Shown in pieces: positions 52,783 to 64,000 of a DNA stretch of 64,000 nucleotides (position 1 is its first letter; each line of letters opens with the position of its first letter). Source of the stretch: Octopus vulgaris (lineage: Eukaryota). The position numbers and the translations under genes are program-made. The stretch is taken from positions 123,318,001 through 123,382,000 of the forward strand of contig OX597814.1 of the NCBI GenBank assembly GCA_951406725.2, given 5' to 3'. Under the pieces are notes generated by a model, which was not told the origin of the DNA, did no database searches, and saw nothing but the letters and a program-made list of their open reading frames with translations.

Positions 52783-53533
52783 AAAAAGAAGAATGGAGAG
52801 TCAGTAAGGATAGAAAATTAATTTATTAACATATTACCAAATGAAACCTACGTACGTTTCCACTCAGTCCAATATATAATTTCAAATTCAAAGAGTGGAG
52901 TAGATCCAAAGATTAGATTAAAATAGCATTTTGAATAATATTTATTTCTTTATTGCCCACAGGGAGCTAATAGAGGGGACAAACAAGGGCAGACAAAGAG
53001 ATTAAGTTGATTACATCAATCCCAATGCAAACTGGTACTTATTTAATCGACCCCAAAAGGATGAAAGGCAAAGTCGATCTTGGTAGAATTTGAACTCTGA
53101 ATGTAACAGCAGATGAAACACTGCTAAGCATTTCACCCAGTATGCAAATGATTCTGCTAGCTTGCCACCTTTTTGAATAATATTGGATAGAATCTCACCA
53201 GGGCTAGAATACAGTAAAATAGTTTTATGTTGATAGATTGGATTTTAACAATGGAAATACAATAAATACATACAATAAACATATATATATTTTTTTCTTA
53301 GCCTATTGATAAAATTCAATCCATCAACTTGTAACTATTTCTATTGTACTCCAGCCATGATGAGATTCTGCTTAATATTACACAAAATGTTATTTTATTC
53401 TAATCTTTAGATTTATTCCAATCTTTGAATTTGCAATTATATATTGGACTGAATTGAAACATATGTACATTTCATTTGACAGTATGTTTATAGATTAATT
53501 TTATATCCTTACCAACTCTCCATTCTTCTTCTT
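52783..53533. repeat. Old foldback inverted repeat; left arm interrupted by a SINE with 14-bp TSD
   Basis: aagaagaatggagagtcagtaaggata.. pairs with ..tatccttaccaactctccattcttctt; TSD ttttgaataatatt at 52929 and 53171. Confidence 0.8.
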
Positions 53534-54118
53534 TAATCATGTATATAGATATATATACAGATTGTCGTCGACATATAACCACAATCGGTTCCAACTGACT
53601 GGTTGTAAGTCAGCCTATAGTCCTACATAGCTTTGTTTTATATTTTTACATTTTTAAAGTACATTCTCAGGTAAAAGTCACATACAGCATTCTGTATTAT
53701 ACTATTATACCAGCGTTAGTCAAAAATTTCGGAGTCTCAAGCAGTTTTCTTATAAACAAATACAAAGGTGTCTCAATGTCTCTGCAACAGGATAGACATA
53801 TATGTATATGTTTGTGTGTCTATGTTCATCCCCCCACCATCGCTTGACAAACGATGTTAGTATATTTACATCCCTGTAACTTAGTGGATCAGTAAAAGAG
53901 ACCAATAGAATAAGTAATAGGCTTACAAAGAATAAGTCCTGGGCGTTGATTTATTCGACTAAAGGTGGTGATCCAGCATGACCACAGTCGAATGACTGAA
54001 ACAAATAAAAGAAATAAAAGAATATATATATAATAAGTATATATATATAATAAGTATAAATAGTATATATAAAAAGTATAAATATATATATAATAAGTAT
54101 AAATAGTATACGAGTGGG

Positions 54119-54386
54119 TATATATTTATAAAAAAAGAAGTTTGAAAATGCCACTATATAAGATAAATTTTAATTTTTTTAGAAATTTTACATGTTTCGG
54201 TTCTTCTTGAAAAAAACGAACCTTATCAAAAATAATTTTAAATGTTAAGTTTTAACACTTAACTTTTGAAAATATTTTGATAAGGTTTGTTTTTTCAAGA
54301 AGAACCGAAGCATGTAAAATTTCTAAGAAAATTTAAATTTATCTTATACAGTGGCGTTTTCAAACTTCTTTTTTTATAAATATATA
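54119..54386. repeat. Foldback inverted repeat carrying hammerhead motifs
   Basis: tatttataaaaaaagaagtttgaaaatgccact.. pairs with ..agtggcgttttcaaacttctt..tataaata. Confidence 0.88.
54185..54233 (-). ncRNA. Minimal hammerhead motif, U3:A8 variant
   Basis: Minus strand: attt-TTGATAA-ggttc gtttttttcaagaa gaacc-GAAA-CATG-TA-aaat. The mirror copy at ~54274-54320 has GAAG. Confidence 0.7.
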
Positions 54387-54464
54387 TATACATATATATA
54401 TATTTATTTATATATAATAGAAATATGTTACAAAAAAGAAAATAGAAACTACATGTGGAAATGT

Positions 54465-54662
54465 AAGGGGAAAGTAAGAAGAAAAATAAACGAATATGCA
54501 CATTGGAAATCAAAAAAGTTAAGGCTTTTTATGAAAATTAATGATAGATATATACAATCTAATCTAATTGTATATATCTATCGTTACTTTTCATAAAAAG
54601 CCTTAACATTTTTTGATTTCCAATGTGCATATTTGTTTATTTTTCTTCTTACTTTCCCCCTA
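54465..54662. repeat. Foldback inverted repeat (~92-bp arms)
   Basis: aggggaaagtaagaagaaaaataaac..gatagatatatacaat pairs with attgtatatatctatc..gtttatttttcttcttactttcccct. Confidence 0.88.
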
Positions 54663-56174
54663 TATATATCATCATCATCATCATCATCGTTTAACGTCTG
54701 CTTTCTATGTTGGCATGGGTTGGACGATTTGACTGAGGACTGGTGAACCAGATGGCTGTACCAGGCTCCAATCTGATCTTGCAGAGTTTCTACAGCTAGA
54801 TGCCCTTCCTAACGCCAACCACTCCGAGAGTGTAGTGGGTGCTGGCAATGGCCAAGCTCAAATGGTGCTTTTTATGTGCCACCTGCACAGGAGCCAGTCC
54901 AGCGGCACTGGCAACGACCTCGCTCGAATGTTTTTTCACCAGCACAAGTGCCAGTAGGACACCGCAGGTAACGATCACACTCGGATGGTACTCTTAGCGC
55001 TCCACTAGCACGGATGCCAGTCATCGAATTTGATTTCGATTTCGATATATATAGCCATCATGCAATGTCAAGGCAAGAAGAGAGTAACACACACACATAT
55101 AGATGTACAATGAGCTTTGTTCTGGCAAGCTGGCAGAATCATTAGCAAGCTGAGTGAAATGCTTAACAGTATTTCATCTGCCATTACATTCTGAGTTCAA
55201 ATTCCGCCAAGGTTGACTTTGCCTTTCATCTTTTTGGGGTCAATTAAATAAGTACCAGTTACGCACTGGGGTCGATATAATCGACTTAATCCGTTTGTCT
55301 GCCCTTGTTTGTCCTTTCTGTGTTTAGCCCCTTGTGGGTAGTAAAGAAATAAGTAAACTTTACTTTTCATCCTTTCAGGGTCAATAAAATAAAGTACATA
55401 GTTAAGTAATTGGGTCAATGGTATTGACTGGTATTTCATCTGCTATTACGTTCTGAGTTCAAATTCCACCAAGGTTGACTTTGCTCTTCATTCTTTTGGG
55501 GTCAATTAAATAAGTACCAGTTATGCAATGGGGTCGATGTAATCGACTTAATCCCTTTGTCTGTCCTTGTTTGTCCCCTTTATGTTTAGCCCCCTGTGGG
55601 CAATAAAGAAATAAATAAGCTTTGTTCCAGTTGTCACCTGGTAAATTTATTCAGAAGACTTCGATCAGCCCAGGGCTATAGTAGAAAATACTTGCCAAGT
55701 GTGCTGCACTGTGTAATTGAACCTGTAAACCTGGGGTTGTGAAGAAGACTTCTTAACCACACAGCCTTACTTGCACCCATATATCTTTTACTTGATTCAG
55801 TCATTGAACTGCAGCCATGCTGGAGCACTGCCTTGAATGGTTTTTAATCAAACAAATGAATTCCCAGGACATATCTTTTAACTCTGATACTCACTGTATT
55901 GGTCTCATCTGCTGAACTGCTAAGTTACAGGGATGTAAACAAACTAACAGCAGTTGTTAAATGCTAGGTAGAGAGCAGACAAAACACACACACACATACA
56001 CACACTTATACATACAGCAGGCTTCCACATGGTTTTCATCTTCCAAATTCACTCGCAAGGCATTGGTTAGCCCAGGGTTATAGTAGAAGATATTTGCCCA
56101 AGGTGCCATGCAGTGAGAATGAACCTGGTACCATGTAGCTGCAAACCACACAGCCATGCCTGTACAGATGCGTG

Positions 56175-56175
56175 C

Positions 56176-56219
<44 letters not shown>

Positions 56220-57897
56220 CTGTGTGTGTCTGTGTGTGTGTGTGTGTATCTGTCTGTCTGTCTGTCTGTGTATGTGTCTGTCTGTGTCTGTGTCTTTCTC
56301 TGTGTATGTGTCTGTGTCTGTGTATGTATGTCTGTCTGTCTGCCTGTGTATGTGTGTGTGTCTGTGTGTATGTGCCTGTGTGTGTCTGTCTCTGTCTCTG
56401 TGTATGTGTCTATGTGTGTGTGTATGTCTGTCTGTCTGCCTGTGTATGTGTGTGTGTCTGTGTGTATGTGCCTGTGTGTGTCTGTCTCTGTCTCTGTGTA
56501 TGTGTCTATGTGTGTGTGTATGTCTGTCTGTCTCTCTGTGTATGTGTCTGTGTGTGTGTGTATGTGTGTGTATGTCTGTCTGTGTATGTGTGTGTGTGTG
56601 TCTGTCTTTGTCTCAGTGTATGTGTCTGTGTGTGTGTTTATGTGTGTGCCTATCTTTCACTAACATATCCACAATGCAGGATCAGTAAGAAAACCAAAAC
56701 AAAAAACAAAAAAAAAACAAAGAAAAACTGGTGATTTCAAATAAAAATATCCTCCCTGATATTTATTCTGCCAAGTTAGACATCAGAAACGCTGTGAACC
56801 AGTGAGTGGGCCATTGGAAATCCTTAACCATCAATATTATTGCTCACTTAGTACAATATAAAATAAATCACATGATCACATGACTGACCAGACTATCAGA
56901 TTTTGTTACACATCACTCGTCACTATGCACTTTACATCACTTAAGTCTTCAAATGATGCCACACCACTGACTAGGAGGCTACCATTCCACCCTGATTGAA
57001 AAGGAGACTGAAGCAATATAAAATTAAATGTTTTGCTCAAAAACATAATGCACCGCCCAGTTTGGGAATTGAACCCTTAATCTAGCAATCATAAGTGTAA
57101 CAGCCTAACCACTAGGCCATATGCCTTCACTATAAGATAAATAGAATTAATTAATGATGGCTCCTGTGCCGGTGACATGTAAAAAGCACCATTTGAGCAT
57201 GGTCAATGCCAGTAAAAAACACCCACTACACTCTCAGAGTGGTTGGCATTTGGAAGGGCATCCAGCTGTAGAAACCTTGCCAGAACAGATACAGCCTCCT
57301 GGCTTACCATTCCTCAGTCAAACCACCCACCTATGCCAGCATAGAAAGCAGACATTAAAACGACGATGACGATGATGATGATGATGATGACGATGATGAT
57401 GACAATAATAAATAAATAAATGTTGTATGAGATACATGAGGTTGTTTTGGGTTCCTGAGCATGGCATATACCTCGACTTGTTTTAGTGAAGCTGTCTGTC
57501 TGGAAACAACTAACATTCGATCTTTCACACTTGACTAATCATTTGAGCAGCTTTAAAATTTTTGTGACATCTATTCATATGAAAAAACATTGAAGTTAGT
57601 AAAAAACTTATGGCATATGTTTGTATATGTGCTTGTGTGTGTGTATGCGTGTATGCATACATACACACACATATATATATAAGCATGACTTTACTCATGT
57701 ATGTGTGTATGTATATATATATATATATGTATATATATGGGTGTATGTGCATATATGAGTGTATATGTATTTTTATGTATATATGTGTGTGCGTAAGTGT
57801 GTGAATGTATATATGTATGTATGTATGCATTTAGACACATATTTGCACACATATATTTGCATATCTTTACATACATGTGTGTCTGTGTGTGTGTATG

Positions 57898-57944
<47 letters not shown>

Positions 57945-58102
57945 GTGTATATGAGTGTGTATGTATTTTTGTGTATATATTGTGTATATATGTGTATATG
58001 AGTGTATATATGTATGTATGTATTTTTGTGGATATGTGTATATGCATGTGTATGCGAATGTATATATGTATGTATATATGTATATATATATATATATGTA
58101 TT

Positions 58103-58138
<36 letters not shown>

Positions 58139-58345
58139 CATATAATGTATGTATGTACGTATTTTTGTGGATATGTGTATGAACATGTGTATGTGAATGT
58201 ATATATGTACGTATGCATTTAGACACACATTTGCACACATATATATGTATGTCTTTACATATTTCTGTGTATGTGTGTGAGTGTGCACGTGCTTGTATGT
58301 GTGTGTATATATGTATACACACACACATGTATAATATATATGTTG

Positions 58346-58391
<46 letters not shown>

Positions 58392-58510
58392 CTATGTACA
58401 TATGTGACTATGTTCATTTTTGTATATATGTATATACTTGTATTTATGTATGTATGCATGCATGCGTGTGTGTGTGTGTATTCATGCATGTGTGCAAATG
58501 TATATGTATG
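56175..58510. repeat. Long compound (TG/TC)n (56175-56650) and (TA/TG)n (57615-58510) microsatellite tracts
   Basis: Visible directly; explain the stacked C/V/Y/H-rich ORFs. Confidence 0.9.
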
Positions 58511-58968
58511 TTAGTCACCAACAGCATGTGTTTGTTAAAGGCAGTACTGATTTACAAGATACCAATAGCAGACATATGCCATATTCACACATATTTTTTT
58601 CCCAAGATGAGAAGCATGCAACAACACCCTATAGTATAGAACCAAAGGCAGAACCCGCCAAAATGCTTTAAAAAATTCCTTGTGGATCAAGAACCCTTCA
58701 TTGCAACTGTTTACACCTCTACTTGTTGAAAGTTTCTTACTGCTGGACTCGGGAGTGGAACAGCCAAGTCTGTCATTTCTGCACAGTGTCTTCTTAATTA
58801 CACTGAACTCTTTCTAATTGTGTTGTAGTAGTACAAATAGATCAAGCCTCTGTCTTGAACTTGCTCTGAGGGACCTTTTAGTTTTGACAATTATTTTCTA
58901 AACAATTATGAAGATGTACTTGCATAGCAAGTGACCTGAGCTGAGATTGTGTGCTGGAATGAAAACAG

Positions 58969-59245
58969 TTGCAGCATGGAAGGTGTTTATAAGCCATTTA
59001 AGAAACATACAAAAACCGTTAGATTCACTTCAACATTTAAATTTAATTTGCAAAAATATTTTCATTGCTTTGAGACCGCTACCTTTTCACTGACAAAATT
59101 TTGTGCTGCACGAAATTTTGTCAGTGAACAGGTCGAGGTCTGAAAGCGCCGAAAATATTTTGGCAAATTAAATTTAAATGTTGAAGTGAAGCTAATGGCT
59201 TTTGTGTGTTTCTTAAATGGCTTGTAAACATCTTCTACGCTGCAA
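58969..59245. repeat. Foldback inverted repeat (~135-bp arms)
   Basis: ttgcagcatggaaggtgtttataagccatttaagaaac..ctgacaaaattttgtgc-t-gcacgaaattttgtcag..gtttcttaaatggcttgtaaacatcttctacgctgcaa. Confidence 0.9.
59117..59167 (+). ncRNA. Minimal hammerhead motif, G3:C8 variant
   Basis: tttgtca-GTGAACA-ggtcg aggtctgaaag cgcc-GAAA-ATAT-TT-tggcaaa: 7-bp stem I and palindromic stem III. Confidence 0.6.
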
Positions 59246-60970
59246 TGGTTTCTGAACAATGATTTCCCAAAATTGGAGTTCATTCAAGCATGCTACATCA
59301 TCATCATCATCGTCATTGTCGTCATCGTCGTCAGTGTTTAACATCCACTTTTCCATGCTTGTATGGGTTGTATGAGTCAGAATGGTATTTAATGAGGTGA
59401 AGTTTCTAAAACCAGATGCCTTTCCTGTCACAAACCCTCACCTGTTTCCAATAAGGTAATATTTCCTCCTGACCAGACATGTTTTCATGCAAAACAGTGA
59501 CAATCATTTACAACTATCACATGAAGTCAAGGCAAGGAGACAGTAACACACACACAGTAAAAACTAAGCATGCAGTTAATACTGAACACTTGCTACTGAT
59601 GATGTGCAAAGATGCAGAAATCATGATTTAGCAATTTCACCACTGCTATTGAATGATTTTCATCTAATACTGATACACGTTTGTGCTTTTTAGCACTATA
59701 CATCTATCCAAGAAGTGTTCTCAAGACAAATCCTGCAGTTTTGTGGTCATGTATAGTATATCCACACTAAGTAACTTTTACAGAAAACAATATATGTATA
59801 TGTATGTATTTATAAATGTGAGGAGTGTTTGTACACTGGCCCATATAAATATACACAGGCTTGTTTGTCTGTCAGTAGTTCTTAACTAGGGTCTATGTGA
59901 CCCTAGGGGTCTATGTAAGATTTTGTTGCTATGGTTTATGAGCAATAAATTGGTTATACTTCCCTGATACACAAAATATTTTATCAATTCTTAAAAAGCA
60001 CCCACTACACTCTCAGAGTGGTTGGTGTTAGAAAGGGCATCTGGCTGTAGAAACCTTGCCAGAACAGATTGGAGCATGGTTGCCAGTCCTCGGTCAAACC
60101 ATTTAATCCATGCCAGCATGGAAAGCAGATGTTAAACGACGATGGTGATATCCTAATGATATTTAACTATAAAAATAAGATAGAATCTTTTTTAAGCATC
60201 AAATGTCTATGTGGGTCAGTCTGAATAAAATAGGAATCAAAGATGCCCATAGATAAAAATGGTTGAGAACCACAGGTCTTTCTGTATATATATGTGTATT
60301 TAAGCGATAAATCATTTCACTTCAGATTCCACCAAATACTTTGTAACTTATCTTTTATAAACCAGTAATGTTGCCCCTGTAACCTGACACTTGACAGCTC
60401 TGCACTGATTTACTGAAAATCACTTACTTTTATGATATTTCTTAGAATAAGCAGACAAATGTCTGAATTCATCAATGAATGGGGCCAATTTTAATTATAA
60501 TATTAAAAAGATACGATTGACCTGTCCATTTACTCTTTTTTTTTGAGATTTTAAAATTGGCCTCTCCTACGTGAATCTGAGAACTCATTCTACAGAGCTA
60601 GATTTTTCCTATTTGTGTGAAATAACCTATTTGATTTTGTATTATATTTGTTCATTCAGTTGTGATTAAATTACAGAGGAAGTTATTATGTAGCATTCAT
60701 TACATAATGAATATGGTTATGTCTACATACATGATGTGTGATTCGTCACCTGCATATTGTAGACACAATTGTGAACCGCAGAATGACTGTAATACCAGCT
60801 ACCCCATTCTTCACTGGAGTTATAATTCAAAATAAATCAATAAATTTTCTATATGATTTAATAACTGACCGAAAGATCCATCTTTGTTAGTTGTATAGTA
60901 TAAGGAGATATTTCTAAAGCCATTTTAAATTTAGCCAAAACTTGAAACTGTTCTTCTGAATTTATTTCAG

Positions 60971-61146
60971 TTCGCCGGTATGCAGAGGCACTGGATAACT
61001 TGCTGAGTATGGGCTTCACCAATGAAGGTGGCTGGCTCTCGTTACTGGTTGAGGAGAAACGAGGAGACATCATCCGTGTCCTGGATTTCATTGAAAACAA
61101 CATCCAAAAATGTAAAGAAAATGAGCAAGCCAAAACAAGGCGCTGA
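60971..61146 (+). CDS. SQSTM1: SQSTM1/p62-like gene, terminal UBA exon with stop
   Basis: Acceptor tttatttcag. Encodes IRRYAEALDNLLSMGFTNEGGWLSLLVEEKRGDIIRVLDFIENNIQKCKENEQAKTRR*, with the p62 UBA signature SMGFxxEGGWL. The six exons total 1520 nt; adding 1 nt from the missing exon gives 507 codons. Confidence 0.92.
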
Positions 61147-61483
61147 GAAGATTTACATCATAAACCAAAGACTAAAGTCTATCAACAATAGCACTTCCTC
61201 CCACAAACACAATTAAAACAACTAATTATTTTTACCTTTGAATTATTAAAACATAAAAGAAAGAAAAATACTTATTTTGAAATGTTGTTCATCTTTACCT
61301 ATTATTGTTATTATTATTAAAGCAGTGAGCTGGCAGAATCGTTACCACACTAGGCAAAATGCTTAGCAGCATTTCATCCATCATTATGCTTTGAGTTCAA
61401 ATTCTGCTGAAGTTGACTTTGTCTTTTATCATTTTGGAGTCAATAAAAGAAGAACCAGTTGGGCATTGGGTTTGATATAATTG

Positions 61484-62065
61484 ACTTGCTCCTCCCCTGA
61501 ACTTGCTCTTCCCCTGAACTTACTCCTTCCCTGAACTTGCTCCTCCCTCAAACTTGCATCTCTCCTGAACTTGCTCCTCCCCTGAACTTGCTCCACTCCC
61601 AAACTTGCTCCTCCCCTGAACTTGCTCCTTCCCTGAACTTGCTCCTCCCTCAAACTTGCTCTTCCTCTGAACTTGCTCCACACCCAAACTTACTCCTCCC
61701 CTGAACTTGCTCTACTTCCAACTTGCTCCTCCCCTAAACTTGCTCCTCCCTCAAACTTGCTCTTCCTCTGAACTTGCTCCACACCCAAACTTACTCCTCC
61801 CCTGAACTTGCTCTACTTCCAACTTGCTCCTCCCCTAAACTTGCTCCTCCCTCAAACTTGCTCTTCCTCTGAACTTGCTCCACACCCAAACTTACTCCTC
61901 CCCTGAACTTGCTCTACTTCCAACTTGCTCCTCCCTCAAACTTGCATCTCTCCTGAACTTGCTCCTCCCCTAAACTTGCTCCTCCCGTGAACTTGCTCCT
62001 TTCCTGAACTTGCTCCTCCCTCAAACTTGCATCTCTCCTGAACTTTCTCCTCCCCAGAACTTGCT
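61484..62065. repeat. 17-bp minisatellite expanded inside a SINE, with a 101-bp higher-order repeat
   Basis: Unit aacttgctcctcccctg; the variant ccacacccaaac recurs at 61678, 61779 and 61880. SINE head at 61320; SINE tail resumes at ~62065. Confidence 0.92.
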
Positions 62066-62929
62066 GGCATTGCACCCAAATTGGAAACTGTTATTGTTAC
62101 TATTAGGCTGGTAAACTAGCAGAATCATTACTGCACTGTACAAAATGCTTAGCAGCATTTCTTCTAACTTCACATCCTGAGTTCAAATTCCACCAAGGTT
62201 GACTTTGTCTTTCATCCTTTCAGGGTCAATTAAATAAGTAACAATTGAGCACTGGGGTCAATTTAATCAAGTAGCCCTCTCCCACAAAACTTCAGCCCTT
62301 TTGCCTATAGCAGAAAGGCTTATTGTTGTTGTTGTTGTTTGTTGTTTTTTGTTTTATGTAAGCTGTTCAAAATCTACCCCCAGAGACCACAAACTACACT
62401 TCTTACTGTATATGCTACTTATGGGTAACATTAGTATATTTCAGGCAAAGGAAACCAAATTTGAAGAATTAAAACTTTGTTTAAAAATTTGTAATATTCC
62501 AAAGTTTCTCATATTTTCAGATAGATTTTTTTTTTTTAGTAGATCTGAAGGTTTTAATCTTAATTTGCTTCATAAAAGTACCATTTGATATCCTCCCCAA
62601 AGCTTCATTAATCACAGATACAATAGCTGATTTTAGATGCCACATTTTTTGAAATCTCTCTTTCAAGTCTTTATCCCTTTAGCATTTAAACTGGCCATAT
62701 CCAGCCAAAAGTATTCTGCCTGTTTTATGTTCAAACTGGCCAGATCTGGTCTCTCACACCAACCCTACAATATTGTTTTAAACATTAACAGCTGCCTCAT
62801 CAAAATCTCATAGCTACAAGATAATGCATGATTAGTTCAACACAATGTGAATGAAGAAGCATTAATTTTGGTAGAATAATGCGAACACTAACGGGTTATA
62901 TTTATTTAACTTCTCAAGTGGTGGTGGCG

Positions 62930-63018
<89 letters not shown>

Positions 63019-63367
63019 GGTAGTAGTAGTAGTAGCAGCAGCAGTATAGCCTAACACAGCCTGCTGTCTTGCCAGCCCCCAATCAAACCGTCCAATCCAT
63101 GCCAGCATGGAAAACATGTTAAACAATGATGATGATGATAATGATTAGCATCATTAAGGTGGTGCGTCAGCAGAATCATTAACATGCCAGGCAGCATTTC
63201 ATCTGTCTTTACATTCTTCTGAGTTCAAATTTTACCAAGGTCAACTTTGCCCTTTATCCTTTCAGAGTCAATAAAATAAGAATCAGTTGAATGCTGGGGG
63301 TTTATCTAATAAACCTATCCCTCTCCTCAAATTGCTGGCCTTCTGCCTAAACTTGAAAGCATTATTA

Positions 63368-63400
<33 letters not shown>

Positions 63401-64000
63401 AGCGTTACCTTACTGGCACTTGTACCAGTGGTATGTGAAAAACAACATTTGAGCAAGGGCGTTGCCAGTGCTGCTGGACTGGCTCCTGTGCAGGTGACAC
63501 ATAAAAATACCATTTGAGTGTGGCCATTGGCCAGTACTGCCTGACTGGCCCTCGTGCCGGTGGCATGTAAAAGCACCCTCTACACTTTCGGAGTGGTTGG
63601 CGTTAGGAAGGGTATCTAGCTGTAGAAACTCTGCCAGATCAAGATTGAAGCCTGGTGCAGCCATCTGGTTTGCCAGCCCTCAACCCATGCTAGCATGGAA
63701 AGCAGACATTAAACGATGATGATGATGATGATTAATGATCATCATTGTCATCATTTAACGTCTGTTTCCAATGCTGGCATGGGCTGGGCAATTCGACAGA
63801 AGCTGGAGAGCCTGAGGAGTACATCAAGTAATTTCTGCTACAGCTATTCTTCATTTTTGGAACATCTTTGATTTGACTGAAGACACAATTATCACCTGAT
63901 TGGAGCCTGGTGCAGCCATCTGGCTCACCAGTCCCTAGTCAAACCGTCCAACCCATGCCAGCAGGGAAAGCGGACGTTAAACGATGATCATGATGATGAT

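Overview
AT-rich, microsatellite- and transposon-dense eukaryotic DNA. The SINE and LINE repertoire resembles octopus (inference). One host gene is recognisable: a + strand SQSTM1/p62-like autophagy receptor. Six phase-consistent GT-AG exons (31580-31675, 45238-45437, 46138-46261, 48210-48433, 51461-52160, 60971-61146) encode the C-terminal half of PB1, a ZZ finger, a LIR-like motif, a long S/T/N/E-rich linker and a UBA domain. Exon 1 was not found. The rest is repeats: 5'-truncated RTE LINEs, R4/Dong-like fragments in (AAT)n, Penelope-like (GIY-YIG) relics, a Tc1/mariner relic, hAT and mariner MITEs, Helitron-like elements, tRNA-derived SINEs and minisatellites. The most striking unexplained layer is a set of foldback inverted repeats and short inserts, many beside (TA)n, carrying minimal type I hammerhead ribozyme motifs. 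Their catalytic 3:8 base pair covaries between families (C3:G8, U3:A8, G3:C8, possibly A3:U8). All calls were made by eye; no searches or folding programs were run.
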